Below, in pieces: positions 9,309 to 17,646 of a stretch of DNA of 36,812 bases. Source of the DNA: Microbacterium sp. (GTDB lineage Bacteria; Actinomycetota; Actinomycetes; Actinomycetales; Microbacteriaceae). Every line of letters starts with the position of its first letter. Within the stretch, counting starts at the first letter, position 1. The DNA lies in the NCBI GenBank assembly GCA_032099965.1, contig DAMDKH010000004.1:1-36812 (forward strand). The letters are read 5' to 3'. The notes below the pieces were generated by a model that was not told the origin of the DNA, did no database searches, and saw only the letters and a program-made list of their open reading frames with translations. Both the position numbers and the translations under genes were made by a program.

Positions 9309-10331
9309 ATGTATCCGCTCCTCTTCCGCGCCGTCCTGTCGCGCATGGACCCCGAGACCGCCCATCACGCCGGCATGGCGGTGATCCGCCTCCTCGGCAC
9401 GCCGCCGTTCGCGGGGCTGACGAGGCGGGTGACCCGGCCGGATCCCTCCCTCCGTGTGCAGGCCCTGGGGCTGACCTTCCCGTCGCCGTTCGGCATCGCC
9501 GCCGGGTTCGACAAGAACGCCGTGGGCGTGCGCGGCCTGGCCGCGCTGGGCTTCGGCCACGTCGAGGTCGGCACGCTGACCGCGATCCCCCAGGAGGGGA
9601 ACCCGCGCCCCCGTCTGTTCCGGCTGACGGCGGATCGTGCCCTGATCAACCGCATGGGTTTCAACAACAGGGGAGCGGAAGCCGCCGCACGTCGGCTCGC
9701 TCGTCTCCGCCGGGGCGCGCCCGACACGGTCATCGGTGTGAACATCGGCAAGAGTCGTGTCGTCGACGTCGCCGACGCCACGGCGGACTACGTGGCCTCG
9801 GCCGCGCGCGTCGCTCCGCTGGCGGACTACCTCGCGGTCAATGTCTCGTCGCCCAACACCCCCGGACTGCGGGGCCTGCAGGCCGTCGAGACGCTGGCAC
9901 CGCTGCTGCGGGCCGTGCGCGATGCCGCCGGTGCGACGCCGCTGCTGGTGAAGATCGCGCCCGATCTGCCGGACGACGAGATCGAGGCCATCGCGAAGCT
10001 CGCCGTGTCGGAGGGGCTCGCCGGCATCATCGCCCACAACACCACGGTGTCCCGCGACGGTCTGCGCTCGGATCCCGCGGTCGTCGAGGCGGCCGGAGCG
10101 GGGGGGCTCTCCGGCGCCCCCTTGAAGGAACGTTCCCTGCAGGTGCTGCGGCGGGTGCGTGCCGTCGTCCCTGCGGACTTCTGCGTCATCGCGGTCGGGG
10201 GAGTGGAGACGGCTGATGATGTGCGTGAACGTCTGGCGGCCGGCGCGACCCTCGTCCAGGGATACACGGCGTTCCTGTACCGCGGCCCGCTGTGGGCTCG
10301 GCAGATCAACCGCGGCCTCCTGGCCCGCTGA
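9309..10331 (+). CDS. pyrD: Quinone-dependent dihydroorotate dehydrogenase (class 2)
   Basis: DPETAH, AAGFDKN, QEGNPRPRLFRL, NRMGFNN, VNVSSPNTPGLR, LVKIAPDL, GGLSG. Confidence 0.96.
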   Translation: MYPLLFRAVLSRMDPETAHHAGMAVIRLLGTPPFAGLTRRVTRPDPSLRVQALGLTFPSPFGIAAGFDKNAVGVRGLAALGFGHVEVGTLTAIPQEGNPRPRLFRLTADRALINRMGFNNRGAEAAARRLARLRRGAPDTVIGVNIGKSRVVDVADATADYVASAARVAPLADYLAVNVSSPNTPGLRGLQAVETLAPLLRAVRDAAGATPLLVKIAPDLPDDEIEAIAKLAVSEGLAGIIAHNTTVSRDGLRSDPAVVEAAGAGGLSGAPLKERSLQVLRRVRAVVPADFCVIAVGGVETADDVRERLAAGATLVQGYTAFLYRGPLWARQINRGLLAR

Positions 10332-10338
10332 CCCGCTC

Positions 10339-10384
10339 AACGAGAAAGCGCCGCCCTTCCGCAGAGGGGCGGCGCTTTCTCGTT
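10339..10384. terminator. Bidirectional intrinsic terminator between pyrD and the DUF3043 gene
   Basis: Inverted repeat AACGAGAAAGCGCCGCCC...GGGCGGCGCTTTCTCGTT between convergent stop codons. Confidence 0.85.
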
Positions 10385-10391
10385 CGCTGGA

Positions 10392-10958
10392 TCAGTCGGG
10401 ATACTGACCGCGCTTGACCTGGGGCTTGGGAAGTCGCATGAAGCGCATCTGCAGCGAACGCATGGCCGCGTACCAGGCCAGCCCGCGCTCGCGACGCTCT
10501 TCGCCGAATCGGGCGGCGACCTTGCGCTTGACCCGGATGCCCAGCACGACCATGCCGAGGATCGAGAGGACGATGTACGCCATCATGCCGAGGTAGGCGT
10601 AGAAGGAGACGGCGGGGATCGGCACGAGCGAGGCGATGATGACGAGCACCATGATCGCCATGACGAACTCGGCGGGGTGCCAGCCGGCATCGACGTAGTC
10701 GCGCACCCAGCGGCGCTGCGGGCCCTTGTCGCGGGCGGGGAGGTACTTCTCCTCGCCGGCCGCCATGCCCGCCTGCGCCCGGGCCCGTCGCTCGTTGAGA
10801 TCGGCGCGGGCCGCGGCGCGCGCCTCCTTGGTGTTGGCGACGAGCGGACGGCGTCGTGCCGCCTCCTGCTCCGCGCGGGTCGGCGTGCGACGGCCCTTGC
10901 CGAGACCGGTCTCTGCGGCGTCGTCGTTCGTCGGAGGGGATGCGGGGGTGCTGGCCAC
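10392..10958 (-). CDS. DUF3043-like membrane protein
   Basis: GKGRRTPTRAEQEAARRRPL, YLPARDKGPQRRWVRDYVDA, two TM helices and RLPKPQVKRG. GTG start after SD GAGGA. Usual neighbour of the dipeptidase/erpA genes in actinobacteria. Confidence 0.85.
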   Translation of the reverse strand: MASTPASPPTNDDAAETGLGKGRRTPTRAEQEAARRRPLVANTKEARAAARADLNERRARAQAGMAAGEEKYLPARDKGPQRRWVRDYVDAGWHPAEFVMAIMVLVIIASLVPIPAVSFYAYLGMMAYIVLSILGMVVLGIRVKRKVAARFGEERRERGLAWYAAMRSLQMRFMRLPKPQVKRGQYPD

Positions 10959-10991
10959 GGGATTCCTCGGTTCGGGAAAAGGGGTTCGCCT

Positions 10992-10999
10992 TAAGATTA
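10992..10999. promoter_or_regulatory. Overlapping divergent -10 elements (candidate bidirectional promoter)
   Basis: Plus-strand TAAGAT 10992-10997 lies 7 nt before ATG 11005. Minus-strand TAATCT 10999-10994 faces the DUF3043 gene. Confidence 0.6.
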
Positions 11000-11004
11000 C
11001 TCGC

Positions 11005-12414
11005 ATGACCTCTGCTGCGATCCCCCCTGCGTCCGAGTCCGCTCTTCTCGAGGCGGTGGCGACCGGTCACCCGGCTGCCCTGTCGGATCTCGGGCACCTG
11101 GTGCGCATCCCGGGGATGGCGTGGCCGGCCTTCGATCAGACGCAGCTGGAGCGCAGCGCGGAGGCGGTCGCCGCGCTGGCCTCGGATACGGGCGTGTTCG
11201 ATGAGGTGCGCGTGCTCCGCGCCGCCATCCCCGGTACCGATGAGCTGGGTCAACCCGCCGTTCTCGCGACCCGCGCGGCCCGGAACGGTCGTCCGACGAT
11301 CCTGCTGTACGCGCACCACGACGTGCAGCCTCCCGGAGACGACGCGCTGTGGGAGACGCCGCCCTTCGAGCCGACCGTGCGCGACGGACGCCTCTATGGT
11401 CGTGGCGCCGCGGACGACAAGGCCGGCATCATGGCGCACATCGCGTCGATCCGCGCCGTCGCCGAGGTGCTGGGCGATGATCTCGACCTCGGTGTGGCGT
11501 TGTTCATCGAGGGGGAGGAGGAGTACGGTTCCCGCTCGTTCGCCCAGTTCCTGTCCGACAACAAGGAGGCGCTGCGGGCGGATGCGATCGTCGTCGCAGA
11601 CTCCGGCAACTGGGATTCGGTGACCCCGGGCCTCACGGTCTCCCTCCGCGGGAACGCGCGCTTCACCGTGCGTGTGCGCACCCTCGACCACGCCTCGCAC
11701 TCAGGGATGTTCGGGGGAGCGGTCCCCGACGCGATGATGGCGACGGTGCAGTTGCTCTCCACGCTCTGGCACGCGGACGGGTCGGTCGCCGTCGAGGGCA
11801 TGACCGAGCGCGACGCGCCGACGCCGGAGTACTCCGAGGAGACGCTCCGTGACGAGGCGGGTCTCCTTCCGGGAAGCCGCCCCATCGGCTCCGGGACGAT
11901 CCTGAGCCGCATCTGGAACAAACCGTCGGTCACGGTGATCGGCATCGACGCGACCAGCGTGGCGGCGGCCTCCAACACCCTGCTGCCGGAGGTCACCGTG
12001 GTCATCAGTGCCCGCGTCGCCCCCGGCCAGAGCGGCGAGGATGCGTATGCCGCGCTGGAGCGGCACCTCCGCGCGCATGCCCCGCACGGTGCGGAGCTGG
12101 AATTCTCCGACGTCGATCTCGGCAACGGGTTCCTCGTCGACACCTCCGGCTGGGCGGTCGGGCTCGCCCGCGAGGCGATGCGCGACGGGTACGGAGCGGA
12201 TCCGGTGGACCTCGGCGTCGGAGGATCGATCCCCTTCATCTCCGACCTCGTGCGGGAGTTCCCCGACGCGCAGATCCTCGTCACCGGTGTGGAGGACCCG
12301 CACTCCCGCGCGCACAGCCCCAACGAGTCGCTGCATCTCGACACCTTCCGCCACGCCGTGGCGACCGAGGCGCTGCTGCTCGCCCGGATGAACGGTCTGA
12401 CGCTGCCGCTCTGA
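11005..12414 (+). CDS. M20/M25/M40-family metallo-dipeptidase
   Basis: YAHHDVQP, GRGAADDKAG, EGEEE, HSG, GGSIP, AHSPNES. Confidence 0.92.
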   Translation: MTSAAIPPASESALLEAVATGHPAALSDLGHLVRIPGMAWPAFDQTQLERSAEAVAALASDTGVFDEVRVLRAAIPGTDELGQPAVLATRAARNGRPTILLYAHHDVQPPGDDALWETPPFEPTVRDGRLYGRGAADDKAGIMAHIASIRAVAEVLGDDLDLGVALFIEGEEEYGSRSFAQFLSDNKEALRADAIVVADSGNWDSVTPGLTVSLRGNARFTVRVRTLDHASHSGMFGGAVPDAMMATVQLLSTLWHADGSVAVEGMTERDAPTPEYSEETLRDEAGLLPGSRPIGSGTILSRIWNKPSVTVIGIDATSVAAASNTLLPEVTVVISARVAPGQSGEDAYAALERHLRAHAPHGAELEFSDVDLGNGFLVDTSGWAVGLAREAMRDGYGADPVDLGVGGSIPFISDLVREFPDAQILVTGVEDPHSRAHSPNESLHLDTFRHAVATEALLLARMNGLTLPL

Positions 12415-12431
12415 TCGATGGCCGCTCGAAA

Positions 12432-12462
12432 CCGCCCGCACCGCCGACCGCGGTGCGGGCGG
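12432..12462. repeat. Perfect 13-bp GC-rich inverted repeat (terminator or operator) immediately upstream of the erpA -10 box
   Basis: CCGCCCGCACCGC-CGACC-GCGGTGCGGGCGG, with TAGAAT at 12466-12471. Confidence 0.7.
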
Positions 12463-12514
12463 CGGTAGAATCGGGGGTGCACGCCGCGCCACGCGGCCCG
12501 TCACAAGGAGCGAC

Positions 12515-12877
12515 ATGAGCGACACCACCCTGAGCACAGAGACCACGCCGGCCCACGGCATCCGCCTCACGTCCGCGGCGGCGACGAAGGTGAAGAACCT
12601 CCTCGAGCAGGAGGGCCGCGACGACCTCCGCCTGCGCGTCGCCGTGCAGCCCGGCGGATGCTCGGGTCTCATCTACCAGCTCTACTTCGACGAGCGCTAC
12701 CTCGAGGGCGACGAGACGGTCGACTTCGACGGCGTCGAGGTCATCGTCGACAACATGAGCGTCCCCTACCTGGACGGCGCGTCGATCGACTTCAAGGACA
12801 CGATCTCCGAGCAGGGCTTCACGATCGACAACCCGAACGCGGCCGGCAGCTGCGCCTGCGGCGACAGCTTCCACTGA
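12515..12877 (+). CDS. erpA: A-type Fe-S cluster carrier (HesB/IscA/ErpA family)
   Basis: LRVAVQPGGCSGL and FTIDNPNAAGSCACGDSF. SD AAGGAG. Confidence 0.93.
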   Translation: MSDTTLSTETTPAHGIRLTSAAATKVKNLLEQEGRDDLRLRVAVQPGGCSGLIYQLYFDERYLEGDETVDFDGVEVIVDNMSVPYLDGASIDFKDTISEQGFTIDNPNAAGSCACGDSFH

Positions 12878-12974
12878 CCCGTACGACCCCGGCCAACCTG
12901 CGCGGTTGGCATGAATCGGGTGTGAGGTTGCCCTAGACTTGGGTGTGCCGTATCCGCAATCTGAAAGGTGCATC

Positions 12975-13871
12975 GTGCCCTCGAAACGCCGCCTTCGTTG
13001 GGCCGCACTCCCCCTGGGAGTCGCGGCAGCCGTCGTCCTGGCGGGATGTACCACCGCCGAGCTGAACGGCTACCTCCCGGGCTTCGAGGAGGGCGCCGAC
13101 GCGACGACCAACCAGACCGAGCGCGTTTCGTCGCTGTGGGTCAACTCCTGGATCGTGCTGCTCGCCGTCGGCATCATCACCTGGGCCCTCATGGCCTGGG
13201 CGGCGATCGCCTACCGCCGTCGCAAGGGCCAGACCGGCCTGCCGGTGCAGATGCGTTACAACATGCCGATCGAGATCTTCTACACGATCGTGCCGCTCAT
13301 GCTCGTGCTCGGGATGTTCTTCTTCACCGCCCGCGACCAGGAGGCGATCGAGACGCAGTGGGATGACCCCGATGTCGAGATCACGGCCATCGCGAAGCAG
13401 TGGGCCTGGGACTTCCAGTACGACGCGGAGTCCGACGACGACACTGTGTGGACCATGGGCATCCAGGCGCAGCCGGATGCTGAGGGAAACATCGACCAGG
13501 CGCAGCTGCCGACTCTGGTACTGCCGGTCGACCAGAAGGTCACCATCAAGCTGCAGTCCCGCGACGTCATCCACTCCTTCTGGATCATCGACTTCCTGTA
13601 CAAGAAGGACATGTACATCGGCAAGGACAACTCGTGGTCCTTCATCCCGACGCGGGTGGGGGAGTACAACGGCAAGTGTGCCGAGCTCTGCGGCGAGTAC
13701 CACTCGATGATGCTCTTCAACGTCAAGGTCGTCGAGCAGGACGAGTACGACGCATACCTGCGCGACCTCAAGGACCAGGGCAACACGGGCGACATCACCG
13801 ACGCCTACGACCGCCTGTCCAACCTTCCCGGAACAACCGGAAACAACGACTCCGAGGAAGGAGAGGAGTAA
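12975..13871 (+). CDS. ctaC: Cytochrome aa3 oxidase subunit II (lipoprotein)
   Basis: Lipobox VLAGC, KQWAWDF, DVIHSFW and CuA motif CAELCGEYHSMM. GTG start after AAAGGTG. Confidence 0.95.
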   Translation: MPSKRRLRWAALPLGVAAAVVLAGCTTAELNGYLPGFEEGADATTNQTERVSSLWVNSWIVLLAVGIITWALMAWAAIAYRRRKGQTGLPVQMRYNMPIEIFYTIVPLMLVLGMFFFTARDQEAIETQWDDPDVEITAIAKQWAWDFQYDAESDDDTVWTMGIQAQPDAEGNIDQAQLPTLVLPVDQKVTIKLQSRDVIHSFWIIDFLYKKDMYIGKDNSWSFIPTRVGEYNGKCAELCGEYHSMMLFNVKVVEQDEYDAYLRDLKDQGNTGDITDAYDRLSNLPGTTGNNDSEEGEE

Positions 13872-13874
13872 GCC

Positions 13875-15608
13875 ATGTCGACCACTGAAGCACCCCGCAC
13901 CGACGAGGCGCACCGCTCCCGCCCCACGACCCTCCCGCCGCGCCAGGCCGCTCTGATGAGCACCACGCGCGTCGAGCAGAAGGGCAACGTGGTGGTCAAG
14001 TGGATCACCTCCACCGACCACAAGACCATCGGGTACATGTACCTGATCGCCTCCGTGCTGTTCTTCCTGCTCGGTGGTGTGATGGCCCTGGTCATCCGTG
14101 CCGAGCTCTTCGCTCCCGGGATGCAGATCGTCCCCACGAAGGAGCAGTACAACCAGCTGTTCACGATGCACGGCACGATCATGCTGCTGATGTTCGCGAC
14201 GCCGCTGTTCGCCGGGTTCGCCAACGCGATCCTGCCGCTCCAGATCGGCGCGCCCGACGTCGCGTTCCCGCGTCTGAACGCCTTCGCGTTCTGGCTCTTC
14301 CTCTTCGGCTCCACGATCGCGGTGGCCGGCTTCCTCACCCCGCAGGGTGCGGCCTCGTTCGGGTGGTTCGCGTATCAGCCTCTGGCCAGCGCGTCCTTCA
14401 CCCCGGGTGCCGGCGGAAACCTGTGGATGCTCGGACTCGGCATCTCCGGCTTCGGCACGATCCTCGGAGCGGTGAACTTCATCACCACCATCATCACGAT
14501 GCGCGCTCCCGGTATGACGATGTGGCGCATGCCGATCTTCTCGTGGAACACGCTGGTCACCAGCCTCCTGGTGCTCATGGCGTTCCCCGTGCTCGCTGCG
14601 GCCATCTTCGCGGCCGCCGCGGACCGCGTGCTCGGTGCGCACATCTACGACCCGCAGAACGGTGGCGTGCTCCTCTGGCAGCACCTCTTCTGGTTCTTCG
14701 GCCACCCCGAGGTCTACATCATCGCGCTGCCGTTCTTCGGCATCGTCTCGGAGATCTTCCCGGTGTTCAGCCGCAAGCCGATCTTCGGATACAAGACCCT
14801 CGTCTACGCCACGATCGCGATCGCCGCGCTCTCGGTGGCGGTCTGGGCGCACCACATGTATGTCACCGGGTCTGTCCTGCTGCCGTTCTTCGCCCTCATG
14901 ACGATGCTCATCGCCGTGCCGACGGGTGTGAAGATCTTCAACTGGATCGGAACGATGTGGCGAGGATCCGTCACCTTCGAGACGCCGATGGTCTTCTCGC
15001 TCGGCTTCCTGGTCTCGTTCGTGTTCGGCGGTCTGACCGGTGTGATCCTCGCGGCTCCGCCTCTCGACTTCCACCTCAGCGACTCGTACTTCGTCGTGGC
15101 GCACTTCCACTACGTCGTCTTCGGCACCGTCGTGTTCGCGATGTTCGCCGGGTTCTACTTCTGGTGGCCGAAGTGGACGGGACGGATGCTCAACGAGCGT
15201 CTCGGCTACGTGCACTTCTGGACGCTCTTCATCGGCTTCCACATGACCTTCCTCATCCAGCACTGGCTGGGCGTCGACGGCATGGTCCGCCGCTACGCGG
15301 ACTACTCGGAAGCCGACGGCTGGACGTGGCAGAACCAGGTGTCGACGATCGGTGCGATCATCCTCGGCGCCTCGATGCTGCCGTTCTTCCTGAACGTGTG
15401 GATCACGGCCCGCAAGGCGCCCAAGGTGACGGTCAATGACCCGTGGGGGTACGGCGCTTCGCTCGAGTGGGCGACGTCCTGCCCGCCGCCGCGGCACAAC
15501 TTCACGTCGATCCCGCGGATCCGCAGCGAGCGTCCGGCGTTCGACCTGAATCACCCCGAGGCGGCCGAGTTCGCCACCACAGCCCCCGGCGAGCGAGAGG
15601 TCCACTGA
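13875..15608 (+). CDS. ctaD: Cytochrome aa3 oxidase subunit I
   Basis: [39 protein letters not shown]. Confidence 0.98.
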   Translation: MSTTEAPRTDEAHRSRPTTLPPRQAALMSTTRVEQKGNVVVKWITSTDHKTIGYMYLIASVLFFLLGGVMALVIRAELFAPGMQIVPTKEQYNQLFTMHGTIMLLMFATPLFAGFANAILPLQIGAPDVAFPRLNAFAFWLFLFGSTIAVAGFLTPQGAASFGWFAYQPLASASFTPGAGGNLWMLGLGISGFGTILGAVNFITTIITMRAPGMTMWRMPIFSWNTLVTSLLVLMAFPVLAAAIFAAAADRVLGAHIYDPQNGGVLLWQHLFWFFGHPEVYIIALPFFGIVSEIFPVFSRKPIFGYKTLVYATIAIAALSVAVWAHHMYVTGSVLLPFFALMTMLIAVPTGVKIFNWIGTMWRGSVTFETPMVFSLGFLVSFVFGGLTGVILAAPPLDFHLSDSYFVVAHFHYVVFGTVVFAMFAGFYFWWPKWTGRMLNERLGYVHFWTLFIGFHMTFLIQHWLGVDGMVRRYADYSEADGWTWQNQVSTIGAIILGASMLPFFLNVWITARKAPKVTVNDPWGYGASLEWATSCPPPRHNFTSIPRIRSERPAFDLNHPEAAEFATTAPGEREVH

Positions 15609-15611
15609 GCC

Positions 15612-16046
15612 ATGCGCGACAACGTCATCCTCTGGTGGATCCTGACCGCCTTCTTCGCCCTCATCGGCGTCGTCTACACGGGCTGGAACATCCTTGCGCA
15701 CCCCACCCTCCCGCTGGTCAACCAGATCGAGTGGGTCGGGACCGTCGCGCTGTTCTTCGCCGCCGCGATGGGCGCGATGATCGCCTTCTATCTCGACCGC
15801 ACGCACAACGCCCAGGGCGGCGAGCTGCCCGAGGACATCCTCACGTCCGACATCGATGACGGCGACCCCGAGCTCGGGGAGTTCAGCCCGTGGTCCTGGT
15901 GGCCGATGGTGCTCGCTGGTTCGGCCGCGGTGTTCGTCATCGGTCTGGCCGTCGGCCACTTCCTCCTGCCGATCGGACTCGCGATCTTCGTGGTCGCGAT
16001 CGTCGGATGGGTGTACGAGTACTACCGCGGGAACTTCGCCCGCTGA
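15612..16046 (+). CDS. ctaF: Cytochrome aa3 oxidase subunit IV (actinobacterial)
   Basis: EWVGTVAL, LPED, GEFSPWSWWP and C-terminal YEYYRG. Follows ctaD. Confidence 0.9.
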   Translation: MRDNVILWWILTAFFALIGVVYTGWNILAHPTLPLVNQIEWVGTVALFFAAAMGAMIAFYLDRTHNAQGGELPEDILTSDIDDGDPELGEFSPWSWWPMVLAGSAAVFVIGLAVGHFLLPIGLAIFVVAIVGWVYEYYRGNFAR

Positions 16047-16049
16047 GCA

Positions 16050-16094
16050 CGACGAGAAAGGCCCCGGGGACGCACCCCGGGGCCTTTCTCGTCG
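16050..16094. terminator. Bidirectional terminator after ctaF
   Basis: Perfect 20-bp stem CGACGAGAAAGGCCCCGGGG-ACGCA-CCCCGGGGCCTTTCTCGTCG between convergent genes. Confidence 0.9.
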
Positions 16095-16146
16095 CCGCAC
16101 GTCACGCGGACATGCGAGGCGTACACCTCGCCCGCCGCCAGCCGTC

Positions 16147-16566
16147 TCAGGCGTGTGTGCGCACGCGGGCGATACCGGTGAGCGGGTCGACGGGGCGCCG
16201 GTGCACTCCATCCGCGTCCTCGACCGGGTAGCCCTCCCTCACCCAGTACTCGAAGCCGCCGATCATCTCGCGCACCTGGTACCCCTGCTCCGCGAAGGCC
16301 AGGGCGGCCTTGGCGCCGGCGTTGCATCCCGGGCTCCAGCAGTACACCACCACCTTCGCGTCGAGCGGGATCTCCGTCGACGCGCGGCTCGCGATGTCGC
16401 GATAGGGCATGTGCAGGGCACCGGCGACGCGGCCCTGCGCCCAGGCCTCGGCGGAACGGACGTCGACGACGACGAGGTCGTCGCCGGACGTCCGTGCCGC
16501 GTGGACATCGCTCGCGTCCGTCTCGTAGGCGAGCTTGGCGGCGAAGTACTGGGCACGTTCGATCAT
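16147..16566 (-). CDS. Single-domain rhodanese-like protein
   Basis: VVDVRS..W..GRVAGA, active-site loop VYCWSPGCNAG, MIGGFEYW. A -10 TAGGCT lies 6 nt before the ATG. Confidence 0.88.
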   Translation of the reverse strand: MIERAQYFAAKLAYETDASDVHAARTSGDDLVVVDVRSAEAWAQGRVAGALHMPYRDIASRASTEIPLDAKVVVYCWSPGCNAGAKAALAFAEQGYQVREMIGGFEYWVREGYPVEDADGVHRRPVDPLTGIARVRTHA

Positions 16567-16652
16567 GGTCAGAGCCTACGGTCGCGAGCGCACACGGTGC
16601 CGCCCCGTTCCGGTCGCGCACCGTCGCTTTCCGGACAGTCCCCCCGGGTGGA

Positions 16653-17162
16653 TCACGGACGAAGTGCGACCGCCATCTGCACCCGCGGTCCATATCTGTC
16701 CAGCCCCATGCGAGCTTCCGCGTCGATCAGGGCGCGCTGGAACGGCGTCTCCGGCTGTGTCACGACGAACCCGCAGCTCGCATAGAACGGAGCGTTCCAC
16801 GGCAGCTGGGCGTACGTGCGCAGGGTCATGCGCGGGTGGCCCCGCTCACGTGCCGCGGTGATGGCCGCGCGCACGAGCGCGCGTCCCACGCCCTGGCGGG
16901 CGGCCGCGGGGGCCACCGACAGCTGCTCGAGGTGAGCGCAGCCGTCGGCTTCGAGCACGTGGGCGAACCCGGCAGGAGAGTCCGCTGCCCGGGGAACCGC
17001 TACGAGGACGAAACCGGAGCCGGAGAGGCGAGAGGCCCCATCGGCCGGGGGAGGCCACTCCTGGGCCCCCAGAGCCTGGATGAGCAGCTGATCGGCCTCC
17101 GCTTCGATACGTGTGAGCAGGTCGGCCTCGGATGCGTCCGCCGGTCGGATCGTCGGATTCAT
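16653..17162 (-). CDS. GNAT-family N-acetyltransferase
   Basis: AHLEQLSVAPAAARQGVGRALV and TLRTYAQLPWNAPFYASCGF. ATGA overlap with the Rid gene. Confidence 0.85.
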   Translation of the reverse strand: MNPTIRPADASEADLLTRIEAEADQLLIQALGAQEWPPPADGASRLSGSGFVLVAVPRAADSPAGFAHVLEADGCAHLEQLSVAPAAARQGVGRALVRAAITAARERGHPRMTLRTYAQLPWNAPFYASCGFVVTQPETPFQRALIDAEARMGLDRYGPRVQMAVALRP

Positions 17163-17575
17163 GCGTTCGTGTCCCGCACGGCGGCCACCGCCTCGATCTC
17201 GACGAGCTGGTCGTCGTAGCCCAGAACGGTGACACCGAGCAGGGTGCTCGGCACATCGTGGTCGCCGAAGGCGGCGCGGACGGTGTTCCAGGCGGTCACG
17301 AGGTCGGCCTGACGTGTCGACGCGACCAGGACGCGCGTGGAGAGGATGTCAGGGAGCTCGGCGCCGGCGGCCGCGAGGGCGATGCGGAGGGTCTCGACGC
17401 AGCGTGCCGCCTGTGCGGCGTAGTCGCCCGGGGCGATGGTGCTGCCGTCGTCGGAGAGCGGGCATGCGCCGGCGAGGAAGATGAGACGCGACCCGGCCGC
17501 GGCGGTCGATGCATGAGCGTATGGCGCTGCAGGCAGGGCCGCTGAGCGAATGAGGCGCACTGCAGAGGAACTCAT
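17159..17575 (-). CDS. Rid (YjgF/YER057c/UK114) family protein
   Basis: PYAHA, LIFLAGACPL, QAARCVETL, STLLGVTVLG...LVEIEAVA. Confidence 0.85.
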   Translation of the reverse strand: MSSSAVRLIRSAALPAAPYAHASTAAAGSRLIFLAGACPLSDDGSTIAPGDYAAQAARCVETLRIALAAAGAELPDILSTRVLVASTRQADLVTAWNTVRAAFGDHDVPSTLLGVTVLGYDDQLVEIEAVAAVRDTNA

Positions 17576-17598
17576 GCCGTCGATCTTCTCATGGGACG

Positions 17599-17633
17599 GA
17601 AAAGGGCCCTATCCGAACGGACAGGGCCCTTTC
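17599..17633 (-). terminator. Intrinsic terminator after qcrB
   Basis: Minus strand AAAGGGCCCTGTCCG-TT-CGGATAGGGCCCTTTT, a hairpin followed by a U tract. Confidence 0.8.
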
Positions 17634-17646
17634 ACCGGGGGAGGGG

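Noticed and set aside
10980..10994. AGGGGTTCGCCTTAA, a faint DtxR-like sequence at the DUF3043/dipeptidase promoter
   Set aside because: The left half is degenerate and not palindromic, so it is too weak to support.
16573..16594. TGTGCG-N10-TAGGCT upstream of the rhodanese gene (minus strand)
   Set aside because: Two of six positions mismatch TGTCGG, so I treated it as an ordinary -10 only.
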